DNA of 64,000 bases from Harriotta raleighana (taxonomy: Eukaryota), in the NCBI GenBank assembly GCA_050575255.1, contig JBNZDD010013705.1:1924602-1988601 (forward strand), written 5' to 3'. Under the pieces are notes generated by a model. That model was not told the DNA's origin. It worked only from the letters and a program-made list of their open reading frames with translations, and did not search any database. The position numbers were made by a program, and so were the translations under genes. Of this stretch, positions 27,529 through 40,781 are shown in pieces (position 1 is the first letter of the stretch; every line of letters begins with the position of its first letter).

Positions 27529-30224
27529 ATTGATTCATGCATTAGCAGAACAAATACATTTGTGGCCAGTAACAGGAATAAACTGTATTGCCTAACCACT
27601 CAGCACAGCTCTCCGATGGTGGTGGGGTGCAATGCTGAGCTACTAAAATGTTCTCTCTTCTAATTACTTATATGTGAATGTTATTTCATTACAGGTCATT
27701 CAGAATGGGTTCTGGGTCACACGTAGCACTCTCTCAAGGCACCACAGGAACAAGTCAAAGGTACAGTGTTATGAAAACTAATCAAAAGATTGGTTGCTTG
27801 GTCACTCAATCCACGACGGTTTGTGGGACGCTGCTGTGTACAATTGGTTGCCGCGTTCCTCCACAAAATATACAGTGAATTCACTTTACAGGATATTCTG
27901 GGAAGCGTTTTGATGTGAAAGGCGTTATATCAAATCCAAGGATTATTATTACCATTTAAGAACAGCTTGATCCTGTAATGGGAGGACATGAGGGCAGATA
28001 TTCTGGAAGGATAAGGTTAAAAAAGATGAAGAACTTTCATCTTTGATCTTGACTATTTGCTCTTCATTCTGTGCAGGGCAGAGTTGTTGATCTTCATTGC
28101 AGTGTGTCAAATATTTACCTCTTGGAGTCCTGAAATACTTCTCTGCATGGACTGCTTGTGACAGGCCCTATAAATTCAAGTTGTTTTTGTTGCGTTACCT
28201 ACATACTGGCTTTGATGGAATGAGTTTACTTAGAAAAAGTTTAAATGAGCCATTGAATAAATCATAGAATCATACAGCACAAAAGGAGTCTATGCTGGGC
28301 AATGAAATGCAATTGGGCAAATCTTTGAGAAAGAATAATAACAACGGGTAGAAAGAGTACGATTAGAGGGAATAACTCAAGCAGCTGGGTGATAATAACT
28401 CGAGGAGGTGTTACAGGACCCGTGGGTGAGCAAGCAACAGCATTGCCATAAAGGGTCGAATGGCCTCCTTCTGTGCTGTAAACTTTCTTGCAAATTAATG
28501 AGCATTGAGACTAACAATGCAGTGTTTTATAATGAAAGAATACATTGCTATTCATTCAACATCCTGATGGAGACAGGAGCTGTTGAAGAGGCTTTGGAAC
28601 TGTCGAGTTATGCACACAGACTGAAGTCTTCCCTTCAGATTGTGGCAGTGACAGAAATTGGATCTGTCTGTAAGTGAGTGCAGAGAGGAGCTTGTTGTGA
28701 CAGTGGCAGGGGAGGCAGAGACACTCAACAGAGGTGGAGAGGCGTTGTGAAGCAGGAGAGAGAGGCAGCGTGGGAGATGAACTGAAGTATTTGGGTAGGT
28801 GACAAGACAGTAGGTGACATTGAGATTGAGTGAATGTGGCCAGCTGACTCTCAGCATGTGTGTCAGAAACCATTACTGAGTGAGTCCAGTCTTTTTGATT
28901 GAACTCCCACTAGCACTTCCCTGATTTAGAACAAAAATTGTGGCATTAAAACAAATCCTATTGAGTAGATTTTTCACCAGAGTTTGTGAGATTGGTATGG
29001 TATTCATGTATTGAGACTGAGCTATGGAACCAATCAAAGAAATAGCAATATCACACGAACAGAGATGAAATGAATGATCAATTATATTTTAGGGAATTGT
29101 TGGCCGGGAGAAACTCTTTTTGAATAACAGTTCAAAGTAACTTATTCAAAGAGCATTTCAGACGAGCGGTTTCAACATGATATGGTACAACATCAATTGA
29201 AAATTCTATTCATTCCAAGTTACAGACTGAAGCAAATAGAATAGAGATTTAAACACAAAAGATTGTAGGGAATATAATGGCCTTAGTTAACTAAGGAACT
29301 GCCTTAGTTAAGAAACAAAGTAAAAGGTTCAATTTTAAGAGCAAGATAGGTGTGACTCTAGCCCTTCATAATTAATTGATAGCATAATATATAAAGTGTG
29401 TCTCTTTGAAGATTGGTGCAAGACTTGATTCCATTTTCCAACTGAAGTGATATTTTCTATTCTCTGGCGGCTTACAGCAGCTTAAACACTTAAGGACTTA
29501 CAGCAGTTTACATAAGCTCTAGTTATGACAGAATGATAATTTAGTAGAAGGACACATTTCCATGTGACAAATATTTGCATCAGGCACAGAATGCTTCAGC
29601 TGAAAATTTGGTACAGTGCCTGTGAGAGAGCAACGCAAGGCTGGAGTTGTACTGGCAATGGGAGATGATTCTCTTGTAAGTAAAGGTAAGTTTTTAGTTT
29701 TTAGTGTTGGTGATCAGTAATTCCACCCCCACCCACCCACCCACCCATCCCACCCACCAATTTTCAATGAGGTTCCAAATTGAACAAACTGGATTTCAGG
29801 AATCTGAGAGGAGCTCCTTCCAGCAACTGAAAGTACGTCAATGACCACTCAAAAGAACTTTAATGCTTCACACTTTTGCGGTTCACACTTGTGTTGTACG
29901 ATTGGAGATGCTATCCTCCGGGTGAGACGGTAAACAAAGGATGTGGGCAAAACATGGCAGCCAATCACGCACAGCAGTGTCCCACAAACAGTCGTGGATT
30001 TAAATGACCAATTTATTATTATTTTTTTCAAGAGATTATTATGAGGCTTATGGATGTTAAAGGTCCCGTGACACTATTCAAAAAGAGAAGAGTTTGTTTG
30101 ACCCACAAAAACAAACGCTATCTGTCCTTTATCCTATGAAGTCCATCTTCCTGTCTTCCTGCTATTCGAAATGTAAGGATTATTATCATTTTATCACATT
30201 GTGTGAAACCCAAGTTGCTATGGA

Positions 30225-30712
30225 TTGATTGACCATCTTAGAATCATACAGTCATGCATTCCATATCCAAACAAATCTCTGGGTGAAAATTGTTTTCCTA
30301 ACCTCCCCTCTGTTTCTTTTAACAACCATCTTAACCCAGTAAAGGGTTTACTGACCCACATGTCAATGGAAACAGTTTTTCCCAGTTCACCCTATCAAAT
30401 CCCCTCAGGATCATGAAAACCTCTTAAGTAAATCCCTTCTTAATCTTCTCTGCTCTAGGGAGAATAATCCTAGTTTCACTAACCTCTCCTCATAACTAAG
30501 GTCCTTCATTCCTGGTACCATCCTGGTAAATCTCCTTTGTACCTTCTCCAATGCCTTAGCATCTTTCCTAAAGTGTGGAGTGCAAACTGAACACAATACT
30601 CCATTTGAGGCCTAACCAGCATTTTATAAATATTAATTATAACCTCCTGACCTTTGTATTCTATGCCCCTATTAATAAATCCTAGCATCCTGTATGCTTT
30701 TTTAACAGCTTT
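30225..30712 (-). mobile_element. Decayed CR1 LINE ORF2 C-terminus
   Basis: KKAYRMLGFINRGIEYK..LVRPQMEYCVQF, frameshift, then KDAKALEKVQRRFTRMVPGMKDLSYEERLVKLGLFSLEQRRLR. Confidence 0.9.
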
Positions 30713-32062
30713 TCTCTGCAGTAAATTATTGCTTTCAAGAGAAATTTTCTTAAACATGTCTTTTAAACTCTCAAAATTTCCCAATTTTAACATTCATAAT
30801 TATTGTTGCAATCAGTAAAACTGCAGAAATGTGAAAGCTCTCTGTCCTGTAAATCTACAACAAGTAAATAGAGTAACAAATGGATGGATCGAATCCACTT
30901 ATTTGCACAGAGAAGAAAAAAATAGCGCTTCCCTGCTCTACCCGACTTCCCAAAGGCTCTTTGCACTTGTACCAAAATAACTGACTGAACGCCAAACAGA
31001 GCTGCACTTTCACAATGATGTTTCAGTTAAAACTGCCACTCCATTAGCTCTTGAAATGAGAAATGAATATTGGAATATGCTCAGGGCCAGACTGGGAATA
31101 AGCTGGAGGCTGCTCTGGGGAACCATCTCAGTCCTAACTGCGGCAACTCGGAGAAGAGCAGAGGTTTGTATTGCACGACGTGACCCCACTCAGCATTATT
31201 GAACTTTATTTAATTTCATTCCCTCCTCCAGAGCTCAGTTGTGCAAGTCAAGTGGTGATTGGAAGTCTCTGGAGTTATTAATGAAAATTAAAACCAGCGT
31301 TTTAAAAATCTTCTTTGTAACCCCCCACCCCACAAAGCCCCAGGCAAGTAACTCATTTGAGCAGCGTTTTTTTTTCACACTAAGCCTGCCCTATAGATCA
31401 TTTAATCACGTGTTAAACAATGTGTGCACAAATCTGTGAAGNCCACCCCACAAAGCCCCAGGCAAGTAACTCATTTGAGCAGCGTTTTTTTTCACACTAA
31501 GCCTGCCCTATAGATCATTTAATCACGTGTTAAACAATGTGTGCACAAATCTGTGAAGGCAGGTTCTGACTCGCCAGCTAAACCATGAGAACAGGGACAC
31601 TTCGAGGTTGTCAGTTCCTGTGCACTGTGGTGGATCTGGAGGGAGCGATTTCTTGGTTGGACTCATTCTAGAAAAGGGAGAGGTTGCGGTCTCTCTTTTC
31701 AATCACTTTACCTGAATGTTCTTCCATGCTTGATGCTAATGCGCTCTTTTCTGAGCAGATAGGAGAGTCTGGCCCAGAGTCCTGGCCAATGATTCCCCAA
31801 AATAAAACATTAGCTATTCACTTCATGGCTGTTTGTGGGGCATTGCTATTGCTTTTGTCTAAAAAATGTACAGTCACTACACTTTGCAGTAAAGAGACCT
31901 ACCAGAACCAATACCAGTTTATCATAGTATAAACGCTGACACAGAACTAGTTGAGCTGAAAGGCATACAACTGAGCTTTAACATTGGATGGAATTATAAT
32001 CATTGGATGTATGCAAGCTTCTGTGCTTTAAGGCATTTTGACAATGTAATAAGGTGCCATAT

Positions 32063-32406
32063 CAAATAATAATAATAATCATGTCTTCTAGACTCAAAGT
32101 GCTTCACAGAATATACAGTAAAGTGAATTGACTGCATGTTTTGTTGGAGAAACGCAGCAGCCAATTATGCACAGCAGTGTCTGTCAAACTGTCATAGATT
32201 AAGTGACCAAATTATTATAATTGTTTTTGTGAAGGTATTATTAGTCCCGGAAAAGCAATCCACCAATCAGCTAACAACCGAGTTCCTACTTACTGCTAGG
32301 TATGTGGAGTAAGGAAACTTGCCCAATGTTTCTCCCTGCTGGGAATTGAACCCAGATCCTCTTGCTTGTGAGGCGAGTGCTCTAACCAATAAGCTACAGG
32401 ACTCCA
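32063..32406 (-). mobile_element. tRNA-headed SINE, long subfamily
   Basis: Head, extra segment and core; lies head-to-head with the next copy. Confidence 0.82.
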
Positions 32407-32552
32407 CATGAAAGAACTATTATTAGCATCATATTTCTGAGCTCAGCAAAACCATTGTTTAATCCACATCCCACTCATCTTTACTAATGCACACAAAATA
32501 CTTCATCGAAACATCACACTTAATTACAAAACCCGAAAGCAAGAGTCATTAT

Positions 32553-32820
32553 GTGGAGTCCTGTAGCTCAGTGGTTAGAGCACTCGCCTTGCAAGTGAGA
32601 GATCTAGGTTTGATTTCAGGCTAGGGCGAAACCTTATACAGGTTTCCAAACTCCACACACCTGATAATAATCCCTCAAAAAAAACAATAATAAATAAGTC
32701 ATTTCAATCCACGAATGTTCGTGGGACATTCCTACGCACTATTGGCTATCGCGTTTTGCATACAAAAATATAGTCAATTCACTTTACAGGATATTCTGTG
32801 AAGCACTTTGAGACGTCTGA
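32553..32820 (+). mobile_element. tRNA-headed SINE
   Basis: GGAGTCCTGTAGCTCAGTGGTTAGAGCACTCGCCTTGCAAG head plus core. Confidence 0.83.
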
Positions 32821-33949
32821 CGCTGGACTCGGTTGGTTGAACTCTGGCCTCTGAGTCAAAAGGTTGTGATCTTAAGTACAGTGTATTTATACACATTTAG
32901 CTCAGTCTAGCTATCACACCATTGTTGGAGGAGCACTGTATTGTTGGAGGTGTATTGTAGCTCAGTAGTTTGAGCAGTCGCCTTACAAGCATGAGACCTG
33001 TTCGAATCCAAGTAGGTCAGGGTGAAACCTGACTCTATGACTATATGACTTCACTTCATGGCTGTTTGTGGGACATTGCCTGTCTGTGCAAATTGGCTGC
33101 TACATTCGCTTGATAAACATAGAGTCACTACACCTGGCAGCAATTATTTATGAGGCATTCAAAATTATACAGAAGATGCTATTTTTATTCTTATTCTTAT
33201 TCTTATCAATTGTCAACTTCAGTCAGGTGTGATCAGAATCTCGTCACTAAAATTGTCTCATTTGAGGTTTGTTCTTTGTAAATGTATGCCCTCCAGTATT
33301 GAGTTCTAAAGTAAATAACTTGCTTACACATGTTAAATAGAACTACGTTAATCAGACCATTCTCAGTATAAAGTTCCTCTTGTTTCTTTTTTACAACCAA
33401 CAAAGTTTCCCATTGTTTTCAATCCTTCTCTCTGTTCACCTTTCACGCTGTGTCTTGTAGGGACAATTTACAACACAGTTGACATTTATGTAAGGCCTTT
33501 CATGTCGGGAGGGCATCTCAACTGTGTTTTTTGTTAATAGAGTAAAGATAAATGTGCATTTGTTGGTATGGTGTATACTGCTTACAGAGGAAAGTCAATT
33601 ATCTGACAAGGTCATTCACTCACATGGCTCTGAGGCATGTTCTTCTGCTTGTTCCAATGCATTCAAATACAAGTGGATCACACAATCAGAATAAATCCTT
33701 GGGTTAGATATTTCTTGAAATGGTGCTTGATTATCCAAACAAACCACCGATCTCAATACTTTTATAATCACTGTTAAAGAGGAATCACTACCACACAAAG
33801 TGTTGTGGGTGGGGCTCTTTTTTTTTCTGGGGTTTCATTTTTCTATGGTGCTTTTGCTGCAGTATTATTATGTAAATCATTTGGTACATGACAAGGAAAA
33901 GAATTATTCCAGTGACATCACCATATTGTCTCTCCTAAATAGCTGAACA

Positions 33950-34565
33950 ACAATCAACAACAACACCAAAAAATTACACTTGTATAGTGCCTTTCACGTT
34001 GGGAGGACGTCCCAAAGCGCTGAACAGACTGGTCGGGACCCGAGCAGGGGGAGGGGGAGGGGGAAGGAGAGTAGGAGAGGGGGAAGAGTTGGGGGGGGGA
34101 GCCAAAGGCGCGGTCAAAGAGGAAGGTCTTGAGACTGGCCTTGAAGGAGGAAAAGGAGGAAGCAAGGTGGAGGGACTGCAGGATGGAGTTCCAGAGTGTG
34201 GGGGCAGAGAGGCTGATAGCTCGGCCACCAATGGTTGGGCAGTTAGGGAGGTGGACGCGGAGCAGGCCTGAGTCTGCTGAACGTAGGGTGCGGGCGNGAG
34301 GGACTGCAGGATGGAGTTCCAGAGTGTGGGGGCAGAGAAGCTGAAAGCCTGGCTACCGATGGTTGGGCAGTTAGGGCGGTGGACACGGAGCAGGCCTGAG
34401 TCTGCTGAACGTAGGGTGCGGGCAGGCTGGTAGGGAGACAGCAGGTCAGAGAGATAGGCGGGGGCAAGGTCACGAATGACCTTGAAAGTGAGGACGAGGA
34501 TCTTGAAGTCGATCCTCTGGGGGATGGGGAGTCAGTGGAGACAGGCAAGTGTGGGAGTGATGTGG
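33950..34565 (-). mobile_element. L2 LINE 3' end
   Basis: Reverse strand encodes HWLPIPQRIDFKILVLTFK-like peptide; tail GCGCTTTGGGACGTCCTCC..GTGAAAGGCACTATACAAGTGTAATTTT. Confidence 0.85.
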
Positions 34566-34649
34566 TTAACAACAACTTGGATTTATATAGCACCCTTCAC
34601 ACCCGACGGCGTCTCAGAGAGCTTCACAATAACGGATCCCGGGGTCAAA

Positions 34650-34722
34650 GAAGGAAGGGAGGGAGGGAGCTAGGGAGGGAGAGAGGGAGGAAGGAAGGAA
34701 GGAAGGTGGGTGGGTGGGTGGG
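34650..34722. repeat. (GGAA/GGAG/GGGT)n simple repeat
   Basis: Direct reading. Confidence 0.85.
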
Positions 34723-35365
34723 ATTTGGTTAGGGGACAGAAAGATGAATGGAAGGACACAAATTTAGAGAAAAAAAGGTTAGAGGGAGAGTGTCCTCACA
34801 TTTGATTCAGTGTTTTATTACGTTGTCGAGACGTCTCAAAGCATTCCACAGGACATGCGTTAAAGTGAAGTGACTGTGTGTATTTTGTGGGTTTACTATA
34901 GAATGATACGGTACCAAAACAACAGTGCAGTATGATGATAAAATCTTTCAGTTAGCACTGAAACCAATTTGTATTTTGTGTGGCGTCAAATTACCCACAT
35001 TGTTTTCCTATCCACAAAAGAGCTTTGACCTGATTAGTGTGGATAATTGGCTGTTTTCTGACAGTTGGCAGTACTTAAAAAAATAATAAATAGTATTTAA
35101 TTCTGGTCCTTTTTTAAAAACTTTTTCTTTGTGATGCTAGAAAATTTTTACGACATTTATTTTGATGGACTTCTTTTCTTTTGAGGCTTGCTCATTTTCA
35201 TCAGTTAAGTTTCATAAGTCTTTGTTTCCCATGTCTCTTTTCTCAAGCACTATTGACCCGATTTTCAACGGGGACACAGAGGATATACTGTGTTGGATGT
35301 CAGAGGAACAGAGGCAAAAGAGTGAGGAGGTTTCTTTTTTGGTGAACGTGAGAGGAGCAGAGGTG

Positions 35366-35560
35366 ATGGCTTACAACAGCTTGGCTCTGAAATTCATCTC
35401 ACAGGAAGTAACACAGATAAATGGCTCCATTAATAAACCTAAAATATTGTCAAGTTTGAACTCCTTCAAGTGTGACATTGATTTTCTGCGGCATGTACAT
35501 TACACTGACCCAGAGATGATGAAATTTAGGTAGGTCAGGCTATTCCATCCTGCTGTTACT
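35366..35560 (+). pseudogene. Decayed L1-clade ORF2 endonuclease N-terminus
   Basis: LKFISQEVTQINGSINKPKILSSLNSFKCDIDFLRHVHYTD parallels LKFISWNVxGLN..KR.K.L..LK..K.DIAFLQETHL.D; T-rich spacer upstream. Confidence 0.55.
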
Positions 35561-35999
35561 CAGGCTATAGAACATTGCTTATACGCTGTAAAAAAACAAA
35601 CAACTTTGAACATTACTTGATCATTCAGTACCAACATAGCATGTCCCAAATGTAGTGTCAAGAGTTATGGATGATGATGAGAATGCAGTGTCTGATCCAG
35701 GCACAACTGCACCTCTCTGGTAATGCATTAGGACCAGAATTAGATGGATCTTACTGTGGCAAAATGCCGAAGAGAAGACAAATAATACGTGCAACCACTT
35801 ATTAACCCTCTCCTCCCCTCTCAACCACCAGGGCATCTTCCACATATGTTTGCCATCTAAATATGGAATGTCCTGTGTTTTGCAGGGAGGGAAACCTGCC
35901 AACGATAGAGCCAGTTCAGCTCCAAGGTGGCTCCCCATTCCCCCCCCGCCCCCCCCCACCACCACAACACACTTCTCTCCGCCCACCACTCACTGGATA

Positions 36000-36330
36000 G
36001 TCACTAGTTGGGTTATTTGACATCCGACAAGCGTAGATTTGCATCGTCACTAGCTGGATGGTAGGTATCAGTGATTCCCTGCGAGCTTCGCACAGGGCAC
36101 ACAGCTCAGCATGAAGTGTGTGAGAGCATTGCCACCATCTTCCAGGCCACAGCTCGACACACATCTCTTCCCAGCAAGTGATGGTACCACCAGTTAGAGG
36201 TGTGGAGCTTGATCAGTGGTTGTTTACATGCCATCAAGTTGGATTCCACAGCCTGGATGTACAAACGTATGTTCATGAACTCGGACTCAGGGTAATACCT
36301 TCCAGCAGCCATCGCCATCCAAGCCTCAGA
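36000..36330 (-). mobile_element. Possible very old RTE-clade LINE C-terminal relic
   Basis: Loose similarity to RM.DGR..RYKD..K.NLKAC..W..DR..WR; similar C..CGR..GL.S tail near 39640-39900(-). Confidence 0.3.
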
Positions 36331-37038
36331 GTTTTCTCATCAGTTATTTGCAGGACAACAACAAACCACAACAACAAAATTACATAAATCTGCCTTCAGG
36401 GAGTGGGGGGTCCCTTACAAGATTATTAGTGACATGACAGCAACATTGATATTGCGAAAGTCTATCATCACGCATCAAGCTGCTGAATACCAAAGGCGTA
36501 ATACAGGTACTCATGTGAAAGACTTTTACAAAAAGCCATGTCCCCCGTAAAGTGACAGATCAGTTTAGATCAGAGGCTGTAGCTGTAGCTAATTTCCTTT
36601 TTAATCTCAAACCCACTTGTCTGATCCTGGACTTCACAAATAATCTGAATGACTTCTCTCTACTACATATCAGGAATTTAGAGGACAATTGTTTGGACAT
36701 TTCTTACATTCCACAACCTTAACCTGCATGAGGACCTTTGTCCTCCTGACCCGAAAAGCGTTATACAGGTGTAATTTTGTTGTTGTTGTATCACTGAAGA
36801 GAGATGGGAATGACCAGTATCATTCGGCCCTTCTCAACGAGGTCGTGAAGGACCATGTCCAAACAAAAACTCACCACTACAACCCCTGGACACCAATAAA
36901 AATCAACAATTGGGACTGATGCCAAATGAATCTCCAAAGATTAGAAAGGATACTTGACCTCTTCGCTCCCTCCAATCGTTAAATAATTATTTTGGGTCAA
37001 TAATAGGAAGTTATACGCATCAAGACATCAACACATTG

Positions 37039-37130
37039 CACCTCACACAATGGTATTGTCAATGTGCAAGGGATGCAGCAGATACACCTCACACAATGGT
37101 ACTGTCAGTGTGCAAGGGATGCAGCAGATA
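37039..37130. repeat. 46-bp tandem duplication, 2 copies
   Basis: CACCTCACACAATGGTA(T/C)TGTCA(A/G)TGTGCAAGGGATGCAGCAGATA x2; no N between copies. Confidence 0.9.
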
Positions 37131-37637
37131 TATGTCGTCACATTCCCTGCCCACCTCATTATTGGCTGTCGGGCTACCTTCTCCTGCTCTCTCGAACTCA
37201 ATCATGGAGTTCCTATGACACATCACTTCCCTCACCTCCATCAAGGTTTACCTCAAGACTTTCCTCTCTGAATGCGCCTTAGATCTCCACCCCCAGCCCC
37301 CCTCCACCGGTCCATCCAACCACATTCAAATCCTGGCCTATCCAGCACCTTGGGACGCTCTCCTGATGTGAAATATAAATTTGCTGTTGTTGTTGAGCCA
37401 AATCCCTAAAGCAGTTCAAGATGTGGTTCTACTTGAAAGACACTCTATGATAGCTAGTTGATCACCCAAATGTTTACAAACCCTATACTTTAGCTCCTTA
37501 TTTAGCTTCCTTCAGGCAGGCAAAGGCGTTTCTGGTGGTGGTGTCAAAGCCAAAATACACAGAACCACAGCAGCTACACAAAAGTCATACAAGCCTCCAT
37601 GGAGGTGGAATTTTTTAGAAGAGATAATTTGGGTGAT

Positions 37638-37945
37638 GATAATAATAGTTAATCCTTACATTCGATATAGCACCTTATTATGTCTTCGGGACATCTCAAA
37701 GTGCCTCACAGATTATACTGTAAAGTGAATTGCCCGTATATTTTGTGGGCGAATCGTGGCAGCCAATTGCACTCTGAAGTGTCCCACAAACAGCCATGGA
37801 TTGAGTGATCATCTTTTTCTGAAGGAATTATTACCCTCGGAAAAGCAGTCCATCCATTGACTAACAACTGGGTCCCTAATTACTGCTAGGTAAACAGAAG
37901 TGGAAATTTGCCCAACATTTTGTAGTGCCTGGGAATCGAACCCTG
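37638..37945 (-). mobile_element. SINE, long subfamily, head truncated
   Basis: Tail, core, extra segment and B box remnant. Confidence 0.78.
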
Positions 37946-38266
37946 TACATTATACATTACTGAATTAAATAGTGTAGCAAAACCACTCAATTGAATTGGT
38001 GGTACTTACATGCGCTTCAATCATGATTTCTGGAGCAAATGGAATGTTATTTATGCAAAAAATAATAAGTTGGGGAGAGCCAGCACTCAGAAGTAAATAT
38101 AAAATGTGCTGCAGTCCATGAAGTAATTTATTTAGTAAAAAAAATTGCTGGCTGTTATTTTAAACAAAGCAATCTCGTCATACTTACATGTTTAAAAAAA
38201 AGTGAAAGCTCCCCAGAACATCTTTTTACAATACTTTCTTTTTTACACTCCTTCATTGCCTGCTTT

Positions 38267-38594
38267 GTGGAATTCTGTAATTCAGTGGTTTAGAACACTT
38301 GCCTTATAAGCGTGAGATCTGTGTTCGAATACAGGCAGGTCAGGGCAAAACCTTGGGCAAGTTTCCTTACTCCACACACCTAATAATAATCCTTCCAAAA
38401 AAAACCCTAATAATAAAATTGGTCATTTCAATCCACGGCTGTTTGTGGGACACTGCTGTCCGCAATTGGCTGCCACGTTTCGCCCACAAATATACAGTCA
38501 ATTCACTTTACAGTATATTATGTGAAGTGCTTTGAAATGACTAGAAGATGAGAAAAGCGCTATATCAAATGGAAGGTTTATTTATTATTATTAT
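38267..38594 (+). mobile_element. tRNA-headed SINE, full length
   Basis: Head, core and (TTA)n tail. Confidence 0.85.
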
Positions 38595-38849
38595 AGCATT
38601 TCAGCCATTTCATCTGCAGCATCAAAGTACATTTAAAGTGGAAGTATGTCGATAGGGATCCCATTCCAGTGAATAGAAAAATAAATTTACAGAGAATTCA
38701 CAGAAGTCTAGGTTGTTATTAATTGTTAATTAATTGTTGTGGTTAACATTGTAGTTAATTCTAGGTTGTTAACAGCAAATGGGAGGCTAATATAGGCTAA
38801 AGTTTAGAGAAATTCCCAAAAAAATTGTATTTGAGACAACTGAGATCAA

Positions 38850-39203
38850 AAATATTTGATATGCGCCTTATCACTTAGTTGAGAAGTCTCAAAGCACTTC
38901 ACAGAATATACTGTAAAGTGCATTGACTGCATATTTTGCAGGTGAAATGCAGGAGCTAGTTGCGCACAGTGTCCCACAAACACTCGTGGATTGAGTGAGT
39001 AATTCTTTTTCAAAAAGATTATTACCCCTGGAAAGCGATCTGCCAATCGACAAACAACTGAGTTTCTACTTACTGCTCGGTAAACAGAGACTTGTGGAGT
39101 AAGGAAACTTGCTTAACATTGCTTCCTGCCCGGGAATCGAACTGATATTGATGAGGTCCTGTTGCTTGCAAAGCGAGAGCTCTCATCAATATGCGACAGG
39201 ACA
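38850..39203 (-). mobile_element. SINE, long subfamily
   Basis: Core, extra segment and diverged head. Confidence 0.78.
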
Positions 39204-40493
39204 TACGGTACCATTCATGCCAGGAGGATGACTCAACGTACTTGACAGGATTTGCCTTAAGGTGTAGTGACTGTGTATTTTGAATGCAAACACAGCAACC
39301 AATTTACGCACAGCAAAGTCCAACAAACAGCCATGGTGTGAATGACTAAAAGAATTTCTCTGAGGGATTGTGGGTGAATCTCCCTTCTCTTATCACGAAG
39401 TACCATAGAATCTTTAACATCCACATGAACGGACTTTGATTTGACATCTCTTCTGAAGTTTGGCACCTCCAACAGTATAGCAGACGCTAAGCCCTGTACT
39501 CATATTTCATCCGAGAGGGCGCATTCAAAGTTCCAACATGGCGCTTGAGCACACAAACATCCGACTCAACATCTGACCCAACTCAATTGATTGCTGTGTT
39601 TGTTTCCAATGGTTGAGAGGGCTGCCAACTGAGCCAAGTGGATGCGTTGGTAGTATTCACCACCATTACCATTTAATGTTGGTGTCTTCATTCGGCAGCC
39701 AAGGTGGCCATAAGACTCTGCAGGCCGACCTACGGTCGCCCACAACAAGTGCACAGCATCCACTTGGGATCACTTCTTACCGTGTGAAAGATGCTAGCAA
39801 GTCAGGGGACTCAGGTATGTCCATCGGTGAGGTTTTCCTGTGGTGGTCGCCTTTGCACACAGCACCTTCCCAACAATGGCACGTTCTCCCCCATCAAGCA
39901 GAGCACGAGTGGCACTTTCCCATTGATAGAGTCTCCCCCATCAGTACCATTATCTGACCAATGCACCTCTATGAATGGCACATCTCCTTTCCATACCAGT
40001 TTTGTGTTGATAATATGAGCAAGACCAGAAATTCAAAAGTCCAGATCATTTTGCGCTATTCTGGGGAGGACTAACTTGCCGCTGTGTCCCTTAGCTTTTA
40101 GAAAAGTCTCTCCAATTGTGCACTTATGTGATGGTAGCTGGCACTCTTAAGCTTCTTTATTTATACATGAGTGCCTCAGGGACATCCCCATGGTTGAAAT
40201 GTAACTCATTTACAGCGTGACGCAAAAGCTAATGGATTTTCCTCAGGCACATTGTCCTCGTCTTCAATTCATTTTTATCTGTTCAATGCCTGTGTACAGG
40301 TCCTCTTGTGATCAATGTACATGATGGAGATGCTCTGAGCAACGGATAATTTAATAACAATTCTGGACATTTGAAACTGTTTTTGCATTCCATAACTTTA
40401 TTTTCCATCAATCTTTTTTGAGAGATGGCATTGTATTAAAAACTGTACACTTTAGTGGCAAAAAACGTAAAAGAATATGGTGAAAAGGACACT

Positions 40494-40781
40494 TAACAGA
40501 ATATACTGTAAAGTGAATTGACTGTTTATTTTGTGGGAGAAATGCAGCAGCCGATTGCGTACAGCAATACCACACAAATAGTCATGGATTTTCTTTTAAA
40601 GGGATTATGTCCCCCGGTAAAGCTATCCTAATCAACCAACAACTGGGTTCCTACTTACTACAGTACTAGGTAAACAGAGCTGTGTAGAGTAGGGAAATTT
40701 GCCTAAGGTTTAACCTGCCCTGAAAGCAAACCCAGCTCCTCAGGCTTGCAACGCAAGCGCTCTTACCAATGGACTACAGGG
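40494..40781 (-). mobile_element. SINE, long subfamily
   Basis: Core, extra segment and diverged head. Confidence 0.75.

Noticed and set aside
28408-28677. Plus-strand LMET..EEALELSSYAHRL resembling a COG8 segment
   Set aside because: Short, needs a gap, flanks do not match, and the ORF starts in a CR1 tail; likely chance.
32553-32625. tRNA gene (Ala/Val-like cloverleaf start), also at other SINE heads
   Set aside because: No 3' acceptor strand; runs straight into the SINE body; copies diverge. These are SINE heads.
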